Position numbers and translations under genes: made by a program. Of a stretch of 64,000 nucleotides of DNA, positions 49,747-61,086 are shown piece after piece. The DNA comes from Candidatus Latescibacterota bacterium. GTDB lineage: Bacteria; Krumholzibacteriota; Krumholzibacteriia; WVZY01. Location: contig CAWBQK010000007.1 in NCBI GenBank assembly GCA_963791045.1, positions 128,001-192,000 on the forward strand, written 5' to 3'. The notes under the pieces were generated by a model that saw nothing but the letters and a program-made list of their open reading frames with translations, searched no databases and was not told the DNA's origin. Within the stretch, counting starts at the first letter, position 1; each line of letters opens with the position of its first letter.

Positions 49747-50536
49747 CGACAGTGTTCTGCCGGGCGATATCAAGGCGTTGTTGTCGACGCGGGCGGTTGG
49801 AAAGCGAATTTATTACATGCCCGAGGTGGACTCGACGAACCGTGCGGCCGTTGAGCTCGCCAATTCGGGAGAGGCCCACGGGTCGATGGTGATTTCTGAT
49901 TTCCAGACCCGGGGGCGCGGCCGTTTTGACAGGTCATGGTTGAGCGATCGCGGCAAAAACTTGATGTTTTCGCTGATTCTACGGCCCGACATGCCGTTTG
50001 CCGCCATGCTCCCGGTGACCCTCGCCTTCGCCGCGTCTATCGGCCAGACTCTCGAAAACCTCCTGGGCACCGAGGTCGGCGTGAAATGGCCAAACGATGT
50101 GGTGGTCGACGGCAGGAAGATCTGCGGGATCCTGTCCGTGGGCACCAGCGAGGGCGACCGGACGCGGTTTATTGTCGTGGGCATGGGAATCAACGTGAAT
50201 GTCGAGCCTCACGAGTTTCCGGAGGAGATTCGGGGTCTCGCATGCTCGTGCGCTTCGGTGGCCGGCCGGCATTTTGACAGAAAGGATGTGCTTGTTCGTG
50301 TCCTTGCGTCGCTCGAAAGCACCTACGACGAATTTGTCCGGGATGGGTTTGAGGCGATGGCGGCGAGATTCAAATCCAAACTGGCGCTCCTCGACAAACC
50401 CGTAGTATATCGCGCACGGGGTGTCGAGTCGCGAGGGACTGTGGTGGATGTTGGTTCGGACGGTGGACTCGTCGTCGAAAAAGACGATGGCGGGCGGGTC
50501 GTTCTCTACGACCAGGATGTGTCACTCGGATCGTAA
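49736..50536 (+). CDS. birA: Biotin--[acetyl-CoA carboxylase] ligase (no HTH)
   Basis: 'DSTN', 'QT.GRGR..R.W', 'KWPND', 'KICGIL', 'GIN'. Confidence 0.92.
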   Translation: MPANDSVLPGDIKALLSTRAVGKRIYYMPEVDSTNRAAVELANSGEAHGSMVISDFQTRGRGRFDRSWLSDRGKNLMFSLILRPDMPFAAMLPVTLAFAASIGQTLENLLGTEVGVKWPNDVVVDGRKICGILSVGTSEGDRTRFIVVGMGINVNVEPHEFPEEIRGLACSCASVAGRHFDRKDVLVRVLASLESTYDEFVRDGFEAMAARFKSKLALLDKPVVYRARGVESRGTVVDVGSDGGLVVEKDDGGRVVLYDQDVSLGS

Positions 50537-50551
50537 AAGACGGGAAAACCA

Positions 50552-51313
50552 ATGATTCTTGGAGTCGACGCGGGAAACAGCCGGATAAAGATCGCGGTGA
50601 TCGGTTCGAGGGAGATCCGGAGACTGATCGACGTGCCGACAAAGCAGTTCGTCGAGCGCGAGGAGCGATTTCGCCGTCTATTCGCGGATCTCGCCCCGGA
50701 GATCGGCGAAGTGAGCGGGGCGGCGGTGTCGTCGGTGGTTCCCTCGTTGAACAAACCCCTCAACAAGGCGATTCGCGAGGCGTTGGGTGTGAGCGTGTTG
50801 ACAATTGACGCGGGTTGCCGGTATCCGTTTCGCGTCGCGGTAAAAGACCCGGGGAAGGTTGGCGTGGACAGGCTCTCGGCGGCCGCCGGACTCCACAAGC
50901 GGACGTCGAATGCAGTGATCGTCGATGTCGGATCGGCGATCACGGTCGACCTGATCCGCGAGCGGGTATTCGCGGGTGGGCTCATAATGCCCGGGCCGGC
51001 ACTTGGACTCAGCGCGCTTGGTACTTACGCGCGAAAACTCCCTGAAATCGACTATACATCGATATCAAAGCATTTTCCCGCGACCTTCAATGATACCCAC
51101 CCCTCGATGATCCTCGGAGCGCATATCGGGGCCGTAGGCGCCGTCAGGGAAGCGGTCCGATTTCTCACCCAGAAGACTCGCCGGCGGCCCGCAACGATGG
51201 TGGCCGGTGGCGGTGCGGCGGTGCTGGCCGGACACTGGCCGTCGAGCTGGCGTTATGACCCCGATCTCGTCCTCCGCGGTATCCGCCGGATCTGGGTTCT
51301 CAACCGCGGTTGA
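50552..51313 (+). CDS. coaX: Type III pantothenate kinase
   Basis: 'DAGNSRIK', 'SSVVP', 'GVDR', 'VDVGSA.T.D', 'GG.I.PG'. Confidence 0.92.
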   Translation: MILGVDAGNSRIKIAVIGSREIRRLIDVPTKQFVEREERFRRLFADLAPEIGEVSGAAVSSVVPSLNKPLNKAIREALGVSVLTIDAGCRYPFRVAVKDPGKVGVDRLSAAAGLHKRTSNAVIVDVGSAITVDLIRERVFAGGLIMPGPALGLSALGTYARKLPEIDYTSISKHFPATFNDTHPSMILGAHIGAVGAVREAVRFLTQKTRRRPATMVAGGGAAVLAGHWPSSWRYDPDLVLRGIRRIWVLNRG

Positions 51314-51362
51314 GGGAATCCGCCGAAACCTTCCAAGAATTGCAAATAATTACGTTTTTCTC

Positions 51363-51391
51363 TTGAAACGACTATGCGACGGGTGTATATT
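51363..51391 (+). promoter_or_regulatory. Sigma70-type promoter of groESL
   Basis: TTGAAA-N17-TATATT directly upstream of CIRCE. Confidence 0.7.
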
Positions 51392-51400
51392 TATGCCGTC

Positions 51401-51427
51401 TTAGCAGTCACACCTGTAGAGTGCTAA
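51401..51427 (+). promoter_or_regulatory. CIRCE element (HrcA operator)
   Basis: TTAGCAGTC-N9-GAGTGCTAA, one mismatch to TTAGCACTC-N9-GAGTGCTAA. Confidence 0.92.
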
Positions 51428-51474
51428 TCATCAACAAACAGTTCATACTATGATCTTTGAGAGGAGGTAACTTC

Positions 51475-51759
51475 ATGAAGATCAACCCACTAGCTGATCG
51501 CGTTCTGGTAAAGCCCATGGACGTGACCGAGACCGTAAAGGGTGGAATCATCATTCCCGATACCGCAAAGGAGAAGCCGCAGGAAGGCGAAGTGATCGCG
51601 GTTGGGAAGGGTCGGCTCAACGAAAAAGGTGAGCGGGTCACCCCAGAGGTAAAAAAGGGAGACAAGGTTCTTTTCAGGAAATACTCGGGTACCGAGATCA
51701 ACATCGATGCCGAGAAATATCTGATCCTTCAGGAAAATGAAATTCTCGCGACATTGTAA
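51475..51759 (+). CDS. groES: Co-chaperonin GroES
   Basis: 'PLADRVLV', '[21 protein letters not shown]'; GGAGG RBS. Confidence 0.97.
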   Translation: MKINPLADRVLVKPMDVTETVKGGIIIPDTAKEKPQEGEVIAVGKGRLNEKGERVTPEVKKGDKVLFRKYSGTEINIDAEKYLILQENEILATL

Positions 51760-51788
51760 TTTGGATAAAGAAACTATCGGAGGATTGA

Positions 51789-53438
<1,650 letters not shown>

Positions 53439-53470
53439 AATCGTGACCGCCGACAGGCGACCACGCTCTT

Positions 53471-53514
53471 ATCGCGCCGTGTGGGAACAGGTTCCCCGCG
53501 GCGCGATTGCTTTT
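53471..53514 (+). terminator. Intrinsic terminator after groEL
   Basis: ATCGCGCCG..GGGAAC/GTTCCC..CGGCGCGAT hairpin followed by TGCTTTT. Confidence 0.7.
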
Positions 53515-53530
53515 CGGGTCAAAAAAATGC

Positions 53531-53559
53531 TTGAAATCGTCCGTAACCGCCCCTATTCT
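53531..53559 (+). promoter_or_regulatory. Sigma70-type promoter
   Basis: TTGAAA-N17-TATTCT upstream of the lipoprotein gene. Confidence 0.55.
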
Positions 53560-53666
53560 TCATTATGCCCCACCTGAAAGAGACTCTGTATCCGTTACCT
53601 ATCTGAATCACCAAGTCGGGATATTAGGGTTGGCCTTGAGTCCTTCCCCCGGCGATGGAGGTATCC

Positions 53667-55283
53667 TTGAAAACCGCATTCAATTACAGGCACTTTATCG
53701 TCGCTATCGCTGCGGGGCTTCTCGTTCTCACCGGTCTTGTCGCGGGGTGTAGTGACGATGCGGAAGAACTGCCCGGGACGGGTCCGGGAGCTGCGACCAT
53801 CACGGTCGATGACATTATTTTCAATCCGAAATCCCCTGCACCGGGCGATACACTTCAGGCCACCGCCATTGTGAGCGTGGACATGGTTAACCCCGGCGAG
53901 TTTACCACATACAAGTGGACTGCCAATGGTGGGACATTTATCGAAGACAACATGGCGTCGGTGCGGTGGGTCGCGCCGATTAATTCTTCTATTTTTAATA
54001 TTTCGGTCACCGCTTCGATTAGTTCGAGCTCGTCGAATCTCGATGCCAACGTGTTCGTTGGTGAATTGACGGAGTTTATCGACGAGCGGGCGGGGCAACT
54101 TTTCCCGACGCCGGCGGGTGACGCGATGTTTTACCTGAGCGGACCCGCGCTGCCGGACTCCGGAGTGATTGTACGCAAAAAGGACGCTGGTTCCGACGTC
54201 GAGGTTTTCCCTGGGATGAAGGCGGGAACCGATTTCAGTTTTGACCGGAATCTCACCCATGGCGCTCATATGCACCTGACGGCGTTCCCGTGGCGTATCA
54301 CTGTAATGCACGATGAACTCACAACGGGTACACAGACTATTATTGCGATCGATGCACAGACTCTGACAATCCGCCCGTACGAGTACTCGGCGCCGTTCGT
54401 ATCTCCCGACGGCCAGATGATTGCCTACCAGGGCGCTCTGCTCGATCAACTGTTGCCCCCGTCGGCGGGCGGTGTGGATACCTTTACGGTATTCGTTCAC
54501 GATATCGCAAGCGGGGACGCACACCGTGGCACATTCGAGACACGGAGTTTTTACCCGTCGATTTCGAGTGACAACCAACACCTCGTGTTTGTATCGGACA
54601 AGGACGGGGCTCTTCTTTGGGAGCTCTATGCGCTTCCCATAACCGGGACGACGGTCACACCCGACACCATCCCGGGTGCGTTGATCAAGCTCACCGACAC
54701 CGGTGGTTTTCTCGGCGGGGAATCGATTCCGCCATCCCGGGTTCCGATGCAGTGGAATCCCAATTCGGCGTTTCCGTTGATCGCCGTCATAGGCACCGAT
54801 GAGAAAATGCGTATCGCGAATACGGATGGAACGCCGGCGGTCCTGGTAAATGTACCGGGTAAGGTGACCGACATGAAGTGGGCGCCAAACGGTCAGACCA
54901 TCGCGGCGAGCGTTTTTGATTCGGGTATCAGTTCGATCTATCTCGTCTCCGCGAGTGGAGAGCCGACACGGCTCCTCGACGCCCTCGAGGGTGACAAGTT
55001 CAGCGAGATATCGTGGTCGCCCGACGGTAATTTTCTGGTCTACCTGGTCACGCGGAGTTCGAACACGTGGTACGAACTTTTTGACGCGACAGGCGCGACG
55101 GGACAAACGGTTCCCGTGCGGGTGACTCCGGCGATCATTCCCGGTGAAGCGGTTGATTTTGGTCCCCCGCTTCAGTCATTCCGCCCTGTGTGGGAACTCG
55201 GAACCAAAAAGGTGTTTCTGTTCAGGCTGGACGGAACCACGCCGGCCGTTGAGTCGGTTGACCTGTCCGGGGTTGGTCAGTGA
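53667..55283 (+). CDS. Lipoprotein with Ig-like domain and TolB/PD40-like beta-propeller
   Basis: Lipobox 'LVAG-C'; repeats 'SPDGQMIAY', 'SSDNQHLVF', 'WAPNGQTIA', 'WSPDGNFLVY'. TTG start after GGAGG. Confidence 0.7.
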   Translation: MKTAFNYRHFIVAIAAGLLVLTGLVAGCSDDAEELPGTGPGAATITVDDIIFNPKSPAPGDTLQATAIVSVDMVNPGEFTTYKWTANGGTFIEDNMASVRWVAPINSSIFNISVTASISSSSSNLDANVFVGELTEFIDERAGQLFPTPAGDAMFYLSGPALPDSGVIVRKKDAGSDVEVFPGMKAGTDFSFDRNLTHGAHMHLTAFPWRITVMHDELTTGTQTIIAIDAQTLTIRPYEYSAPFVSPDGQMIAYQGALLDQLLPPSAGGVDTFTVFVHDIASGDAHRGTFETRSFYPSISSDNQHLVFVSDKDGALLWELYALPITGTTVTPDTIPGALIKLTDTGGFLGGESIPPSRVPMQWNPNSAFPLIAVIGTDEKMRIANTDGTPAVLVNVPGKVTDMKWAPNGQTIAASVFDSGISSIYLVSASGEPTRLLDALEGDKFSEISWSPDGNFLVYLVTRSSNTWYELFDATGATGQTVPVRVTPAIIPGEAVDFGPPLQSFRPVWELGTKKVFLFRLDGTTPAVESVDLSGVGQ

Positions 55284-55293
55284 CGGGTATCCA

Positions 55294-56448
55294 ATGAAAG
55301 CGAACAGACTCCTTTCGCTTCCACCGTATCTCTTCGAGGAACTGGAAAACCATTACCGCGAGGCAGTGGCGCGGGGGCGGGACGTTATCGATCTCAGTAT
55401 CGGTGATCCGGATTTGGCGCCGCCTCAATCCCTGATCACGAATCTGAACCGCGCACTGGAACGGCCGGGTCACCACAGGTATCCCCCTCAGCGCGGTTCC
55501 GTGGCGCTCAAGGAGTCTATCCGGCAGTACCTTGGGCGGCGGTGCGGCGTCCATCCAACGGATGACGAGATACTGATCTTGATCGGTTCCAAGGAAGGGA
55601 TCAGCCATCTTCCGCTCGCCGTTTGCAATCCCGGTGACATTGCCCTCGTTCCGGATCCTGGGTACCCGGTCTACAGCGCCGCGTCGGCATTTGCCGGTTG
55701 CGCGGTGCGAACACTACCGCTCGATATATCGAATGGCTTTCTCCCTGATTTCTCGCGGTTTGACGTTGACGACTCGAAGTCTCCCAGGCTCATATTCCTG
55801 AATTATCCAAATAATCCCACCGGAGCCTCGGCCGGCGAAAATGTATTCAGCGGGGCACTCGAGTTCGGCGCCGCGCACGGCTCCGTTGTGGCAAACGACG
55901 CGGCGTATGCCGATGTCTATTTCGACGAAGATCCTCCGCCGGTTCTTTGCGGACATCCCGGCGCGCTGGATCACCCCATGATTGAATTTTTCTCGTTTTC
56001 CAAGACGTTTTGTATTACCGGCTGGCGGGTTGGATTTGCCGTCGGACGCCGCGACGTAATCGATGCCCTGGCCCATCTCAAGGCGAACATCGACTCGGGC
56101 GTTTTCTCGGCGATTCAGGAAGCCGTCGCGGCGACGCTCAACACCGAGGGCGATGATTACGCGATTCGCATGCGTTCCGAATTCAAGGCCCGTCGCGATG
56201 CCGCCTTGGGCTTTGCCGCCAAGCTCGGCTTTGATTGTCTCGACACCTGTGCTACATTCTACATCTGGGCCAGGATACCCGACCCATTTGATTCAATGGG
56301 TTACGCCCTCCACCTGCTGGAACACGCGAATGTTCTCCTCACACCGGGCAACGGCTTTGGTGATGGGGGGGAAGGGTATTTTCGGATTGCCCTCACACAA
56401 CCGGTGGACAAGATCGAAGAAGCGTTCGAAAGGATCAAAGGATTGTGA
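55294..56448 (+). CDS. Class I/II aminotransferase, LL-diaminopimelate aminotransferase-like
   Basis: 'LPPYLF', 'IGDPD', 'GSKEGI', 'PDPGYPVY', 'NYPNNPTG', 'SFSKT...TGWRVG'. Confidence 0.85.
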   Translation: MKANRLLSLPPYLFEELENHYREAVARGRDVIDLSIGDPDLAPPQSLITNLNRALERPGHHRYPPQRGSVALKESIRQYLGRRCGVHPTDDEILILIGSKEGISHLPLAVCNPGDIALVPDPGYPVYSAASAFAGCAVRTLPLDISNGFLPDFSRFDVDDSKSPRLIFLNYPNNPTGASAGENVFSGALEFGAAHGSVVANDAAYADVYFDEDPPPVLCGHPGALDHPMIEFFSFSKTFCITGWRVGFAVGRRDVIDALAHLKANIDSGVFSAIQEAVAATLNTEGDDYAIRMRSEFKARRDAALGFAAKLGFDCLDTCATFYIWARIPDPFDSMGYALHLLEHANVLLTPGNGFGDGGEGYFRIALTQPVDKIEEAFERIKGL

Positions 56449-56536
56449 TCCCTGATCCGGGACGAGGATGAAAAGGGTGGAGGCGGTGGTTTCCGGATTG
56501 GAACCACGGGCCGGGATTTCCCGATAGGAGAATGTT

Positions 56537-56902
56537 GTGAGTGATATGATCAGGCTGAAGGATTTGACCGTTTTTGGCCACTTTGGAGTTTCCCCCGCGG
56601 AACGTGAAGTGGGGCAGAAGATCCAGTTGGACATAGACCTCTTCGCGGATCTCAGCGAGGCGTGTCAGAGCGACTCGCTCAAAGACACCATCAACTACGA
56701 AGCGGTCTACGCGAAGGTGTTCGAGGTTGTTTCGCTAAAGAAACATCGCCTGCTGGAGTCTTTGGGGGAAAACATATGTTATCATCTTCTCAACGGCTTT
56801 CCCGTGTCAAAGGTGTCGATACGTCTTCGTAAGCTCAATTTGCCGTTCCCGAACAGCTTGTCCTACGTCGAAGTTTGTCTCACCAGAGAGGCATCGATCT
56901 GA
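56537..56902 (+). CDS. folB: Dihydroneopterin aldolase
   Basis: 'GHFGV..AER..GQ', 'D.L.DTINY', 'LLE.L'. Confidence 0.92.
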   Translation: MSDMIRLKDLTVFGHFGVSPAEREVGQKIQLDIDLFADLSEACQSDSLKDTINYEAVYAKVFEVVSLKKHRLLESLGENICYHLLNGFPVSKVSIRLRKLNLPFPNSLSYVEVCLTREASI

Positions 56903-57420
56903 CAACGCGTCCCGCCTATCTGAGCATCGGCTCGAATCTCGGAAAACGGGAAATAGCGGTTCTCTCCGTTCCGCGGATAATCGAACAGGCCGCTACAGGC
57001 ACAAATGTGCGCCTCAGTTCGCTCTATGAGACCGAGCCCGTCGGTTGCCTGCCCATGGACCGCTTTGTCAACGCCGTCGTGGAATTTGAACCTTTACTTT
57101 ACGGAGAGGATTTGTTAAATCGGTTACAGACAATCGAGAAATCGTTGGGACGGTGCGGAGGGCACAACGAACCTCGGGAACTGGATATAGACATATTGAC
57201 CCTTGGCGGGCAGGTGTTCGAGACCAAAACCCTCACCGTTCCCCACCCGCGGTATCGTGATCGGGGATTTGTTCTCATTCCATTGAAGGAACTGGCCCCC
57301 GGCTTCGTCTGCCCCGCCACCGGACGCCGCATAGATGACCTCGTGGAGGCGCTGCCGTCGAGCGATGGTGTTGTCAGGATCTCGTCGCGGTACACAATTT
57401 CCGATATGGGCGCGAGATGA
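56899..57420 (+). CDS. folK: 6-hydroxymethyl-7,8-dihydropterin pyrophosphokinase (start uncertain, possibly CTG 56899)
   Basis: 'YLSIGSNLG', 'SSLYETEP.G', 'F.NAV', 'PRELDIDIL', 'PHP...R.FVL.PL'. Confidence 0.9.
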   Translation: MTTRPAYLSIGSNLGKREIAVLSVPRIIEQAATGTNVRLSSLYETEPVGCLPMDRFVNAVVEFEPLLYGEDLLNRLQTIEKSLGRCGGHNEPRELDIDILTLGGQVFETKTLTVPHPRYRDRGFVLIPLKELAPGFVCPATGRRIDDLVEALPSSDGVVRISSRYTISDMGAR

Positions 57421-58091
57421 GCTACTCTGATACAAAAACAAATCTCCTTAAAAATAAAATCTCGGTGATTGCCGTCGAGGGGAACATAGGTGTTGGCAAG
57501 ACATCGCTTTCGAGGATGCTCGCCCGCTATCTCGGCGCGCGGCTCGTCGAAGAACGTGTCGAGGACAATCCGTTTCTCGATCGGTTCTATGAAGACATGG
57601 GCTCGTACTGCTTTCAGACCCAGCTGGTCTTTTTGATGAACCGGTACAAACAGCAGATAACGCTCACCCAAAAAGAACTCTTCGACGAATTGACGATCAT
57701 CGATTATCTCTTTGCGCGTGACAAGATTTTCGCGCACGTCAATCTCAGTGATGACGAGCTCGGTTTGTACAACAGGATTGCCAAAGAACTCGAAGCCCAG
57801 GTGATTCGACCGGACCTCGTGATTTATCTCCAGGCGGACGGGAACGTGTTGTTCGAGCGAATTGGAAACAGGGGGCGGCAGCTCGAGAGAAGTATTTCAA
57901 AAGACTATCTGGAGACGCTCAACGATGCTTTCAATCATTTTTTCTTCAATTATTCGGACACACCGCTTCTTGTCGTCAATACGGACTCAATGGACTTCGT
58001 GAACAACGAGAAACACTTTGTGGATCTGGTGAAGCGGATATCGGAACCCGTGCAAGGAACGGAGTTCTACGTTCCGTCGTGGGAGGCATAA
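57417..58091 (+). CDS. Deoxynucleoside kinase
   Basis: 'IAVEGNIGVGKT', 'NPFL..FY', 'PDLVIYL', 'RGR..E'; follows folK. Confidence 0.9.
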   Translation: MSYSDTKTNLLKNKISVIAVEGNIGVGKTSLSRMLARYLGARLVEERVEDNPFLDRFYEDMGSYCFQTQLVFLMNRYKQQITLTQKELFDELTIIDYLFARDKIFAHVNLSDDELGLYNRIAKELEAQVIRPDLVIYLQADGNVLFERIGNRGRQLERSISKDYLETLNDAFNHFFFNYSDTPLLVVNTDSMDFVNNEKHFVDLVKRISEPVQGTEFYVPSWEA

Positions 58092-58900
58092 TGAGCGGGC
58101 GGCGGAAGATCACAGTAAATACCCTTATGGACATGAAGGACCGGGGCGAGAGAATCGTGATGCTCACGGCGTACGATTATCAGACGGCGCTCATTGAAGA
58201 CGAGGCCGGCGTCGAGATGATACTGGTGGGCGATAGCCTGGGGATGGTCGTGCTGGGGTACGAGAACACACTCCCCGTTACGGTTGACGAGGTGATTCAT
58301 CATGTCAAAGCGGTGAGCCGCGCAAAACCGAAGGCGATGCTTCTCGGTGATATGCCGTTTATGAGTTACCAGGCGGGTGTCGAGGACGCCGTTCGCAACG
58401 CGGGGCGCATGCTCAAAGAGGGCGGAGCCGAGGGTGTGAAGCTCGAGGGAGGCCGGCGGATGGAGGCTGTTATCCGCGCTATTCTCGACGCGGATATCCC
58501 CGTCATGGGACATATCGGGCTGACGCCTCAGTCGCTCCACCGTCTTGGCGGTTACCGGGTACAGGGCAAGAGTCCCGAAGCGGCGGCATTCCTTGTCGAG
58601 GAGGCGAAGTTTCTCGAAGAAGTTGGTTGTTTTAGCATGGTGCTCGAAGGAATACCCTGGGCCCTCGCAAAACAAATTACCGAATCGGTTTCGATCCCGA
58701 CCATCGGAATCGGCGCGGGGGTTCACTGTGACGGACAGGTCCTCGTCGTGAACGATATGCTGGGGATGAAAGAAGATTTTTCTCCGAAGTTTCTCAAACA
58801 ATATGGGGATGTGGGGAAGACGATGGCAAAAGCCTTCGCCGAATATGTGGCCGATGTTAAGGATGGCAAGTTTCCGACGGACGACCACAGCTACTCTTGA
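58091..58900 (+). CDS. panB: 3-methyl-2-oxobutanoate hydroxymethyltransferase
   Basis: 'MLTAYD', 'LVGDSLG', 'KLEGG', 'GHIGLTPQ', 'IGIGAG..CDGQVLV'. Confidence 0.96.
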   Translation: MSGRRKITVNTLMDMKDRGERIVMLTAYDYQTALIEDEAGVEMILVGDSLGMVVLGYENTLPVTVDEVIHHVKAVSRAKPKAMLLGDMPFMSYQAGVEDAVRNAGRMLKEGGAEGVKLEGGRRMEAVIRAILDADIPVMGHIGLTPQSLHRLGGYRVQGKSPEAAAFLVEEAKFLEEVGCFSMVLEGIPWALAKQITESVSIPTIGIGAGVHCDGQVLVVNDMLGMKEDFSPKFLKQYGDVGKTMAKAFAEYVADVKDGKFPTDDHSYS

Positions 58901-59815
58901 TTGGAATTGGATCCCACCGTGGAGACATTTGAATCGATAAGGAAGCTCCGGGCACACCTTCGAGGGCGTCGCGCCGGCGGCAAGACGGTGAGCTTCGTGC
59001 CGACCATGGGAGCCCTTCACGCTGGGCACGGTTCGTGTGTCGAAGTGGCCCGAACCCGCGGCGATGTGATTGTTGTATCCATTTTTGTCAATCCGACGCA
59101 GTTCGGGCCGGGTGAGGACTTTGGGAAATACCCCCGGCCGCTGGAGAAAGATCTCGAACTGTGCCGTGAGTGGGGCGTTGACGTCGTTTTCGCCCCGTCA
59201 CCCGGTGAGATGTACCCGGTCGAACAGTCGGTTTGGGTCGAGGTCGGAGGGATCACGGATGTGCTGTGCGGAAGGAGCCGCCCCGGGCATTTCAGGGGCG
59301 TGACGACCGTTGTGTTGAAGTTGTTCGATGCGGTACAACCCGACGTGGCCGTGTTTGGGCAGAAGGACGCCCAGCAGTCCGTGGTAATCAATGAGATGGT
59401 CCGTCAACTCAACTACCCTGTAGAGATAGAGCTTTCCCCCACCGTTCGGGAAGAGGACGGTCTGGCGGTAAGCTCGCGAAATCGATACCTCTCGCCCAAA
59501 GAGCGGGGGCGTGCCGCCGGGATCTACAAGGCGCTGACGGAAGCAAAGATAATGATAACGGACGGAGAACGGACGACTGCGGCGGTTGCCGAACGGGCTC
59601 GGGAGGTAATGGGGGGAGTGGGAATTGCCGATATCGAATATGTGGAATTATTGAATGCCCGGGATCTCAAACCGCTGTCGCGGGTGGAGGGGCGGGTGCT
59701 TCTTGCTATCGCGGCGAAAGTGGGAAAGACGCGTCTCATAGACAACATCGTTCTCCATGTGGGTGAGGGCGCCGACGTGAAGGAAGATCGGCTTTTTCGA
59801 GCCGCGTGCGTCTGA
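58901..59815 (+). CDS. panC: Pantoate--beta-alanine ligase
   Basis: 'VPTMGALH.GH', 'SIFVNPTQF', 'RPGHF.GV', 'FGQKDAQQ', 'SSRN', 'RLIDN'. Confidence 0.96.
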   Translation: MELDPTVETFESIRKLRAHLRGRRAGGKTVSFVPTMGALHAGHGSCVEVARTRGDVIVVSIFVNPTQFGPGEDFGKYPRPLEKDLELCREWGVDVVFAPSPGEMYPVEQSVWVEVGGITDVLCGRSRPGHFRGVTTVVLKLFDAVQPDVAVFGQKDAQQSVVINEMVRQLNYPVEIELSPTVREEDGLAVSSRNRYLSPKERGRAAGIYKALTEAKIMITDGERTTAAVAERAREVMGGVGIADIEYVELLNARDLKPLSRVEGRVLLAIAAKVGKTRLIDNIVLHVGEGADVKEDRLFRAACV

Positions 59816-59842
59816 ATTAACAGCAACCGGAGGTTGAGCATC

Positions 59843-60583
59843 ATGGATAGTGCGGCGGTGATTCTTGCCGCGGGCAAGGGGACCAGAATGCCGGCGTCGG
59901 ACCTGCCGAAGGTTATGCACGAGGTTCACGGCAAGCCGATGGTCGTCCGCGTGGCTGAAACCATGGACGATATTTGCGAAGGCCGCATCTACGTCGTTGT
60001 CGGTTACAAATCTGAAAAGATTATCGACGCCATGGGCGGAAGTGGGGTCGAGTTTGTATTCCAGCACGAGCAACTCGGGACCGGCCACGCCGTCCTCCAG
60101 TGCGAAGAAGCCCTGCGCGATTTTGTGGGAACGGTGATCGTGCTAAACGGCGATGTCCCGTGTCTCCGTCCGGAAACGGTCCGAGGATTCGCCGAGTTTC
60201 ACCAGTCCGAGGGCGCCGCCGCGACGGTATTGACCGCCGAGCTCGAGAATCCCACGGGCTACGGGCGTATCGTCAGGGATGATGACGGCTCGCTGCGCGG
60301 GATCGTGGAGGAGAAAGACGCGTCCGATGAGGTCAAACGTGTTCGCGAAATCAATTCGGGCCTCTTCTGTTTTGACAAAGCCCTGTTGTTCGAAGCGCTT
60401 AAAGACACGGGCACGGACAACGCGCAAGGGGAGTACTACCTCACCGACGTGATCTCCTGCCTTCGCGGCCGGGGAGAAAAAGTCCGGGCATACTGCGTCG
60501 AAGATCCGTGGGAAGTGTCCGGGGTCAACACGGAAGAAGAATTGAACGCCGTGCGCAGTTATTTCGAAGGAATGTCGTTGTGA
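59843..60583 (+). CDS. GlmU N-terminal-like sugar-phosphate nucleotidyltransferase (no acetyltransferase domain)
   Basis: 'ILAAGKGTRM', 'Q.EQLGTGHAV', 'GDVP', 'GYGRI', 'IVE.KDA', 'NAQGEYYLTD'. The ORF ends before any hexapeptide repeats. Confidence 0.85.
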   Translation: MDSAAVILAAGKGTRMPASDLPKVMHEVHGKPMVVRVAETMDDICEGRIYVVVGYKSEKIIDAMGGSGVEFVFQHEQLGTGHAVLQCEEALRDFVGTVIVLNGDVPCLRPETVRGFAEFHQSEGAAATVLTAELENPTGYGRIVRDDDGSLRGIVEEKDASDEVKRVREINSGLFCFDKALLFEALKDTGTDNAQGEYYLTDVISCLRGRGEKVRAYCVEDPWEVSGVNTEEELNAVRSYFEGMSL

Positions 60584-61059
60584 AACGGATTTATGCGCCG
60601 TGGAGGTCGATCTACTTGCAGAGTCAACACGACGGCGAATGTCTTTTTTGCACTTTTGCAAAAACGGCCGCCGATGACGAAAAGAACCGGATTCTGTTTC
60701 GGGGAGAATACCACTACGTCATCATCAACGCGTATCCGTACTCGAACGGTCACGTGATGGTGGTGTGCAAACGCCATATCGAACACTTCGGTGATCTCGA
60801 TGCGGAGGAGTCGGCCGAGTTAACACGGTTGATTTCCAAATGTGAGGAGGCGCTCCTTGGCGCCTACAACCCCGGCGGGATCAATGTGGGCGCGAATCTG
60901 GGCCGCACGGCCGGCGCTGGGATAGCCGGGCATCTCCACGTCCATCTCGTGCCCCGCTGGCACGGTGATACGAATTTTATGACGGCAATAGGGGAAACGC
61001 GGGTTATCTCCGAAGATCTTCTTGACACGTACACGCGATTGAAGGCCTACTTCGAGTAG
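60580..61059 (+). CDS. HIT family hydrolase
   Basis: 'APWR', 'C.FC', 'N.YPY.NGH', 'HLHVHLVPRW.GD.NF'. Confidence 0.9.
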   Translation: MKRIYAPWRSIYLQSQHDGECLFCTFAKTAADDEKNRILFRGEYHYVIINAYPYSNGHVMVVCKRHIEHFGDLDAEESAELTRLISKCEEALLGAYNPGGINVGANLGRTAGAGIAGHLHVHLVPRWHGDTNFMTAIGETRVISEDLLDTYTRLKAYFE

Positions 61060-61086
61060 GCCCTTTCGAAGGGAGAAAGACGCGTC

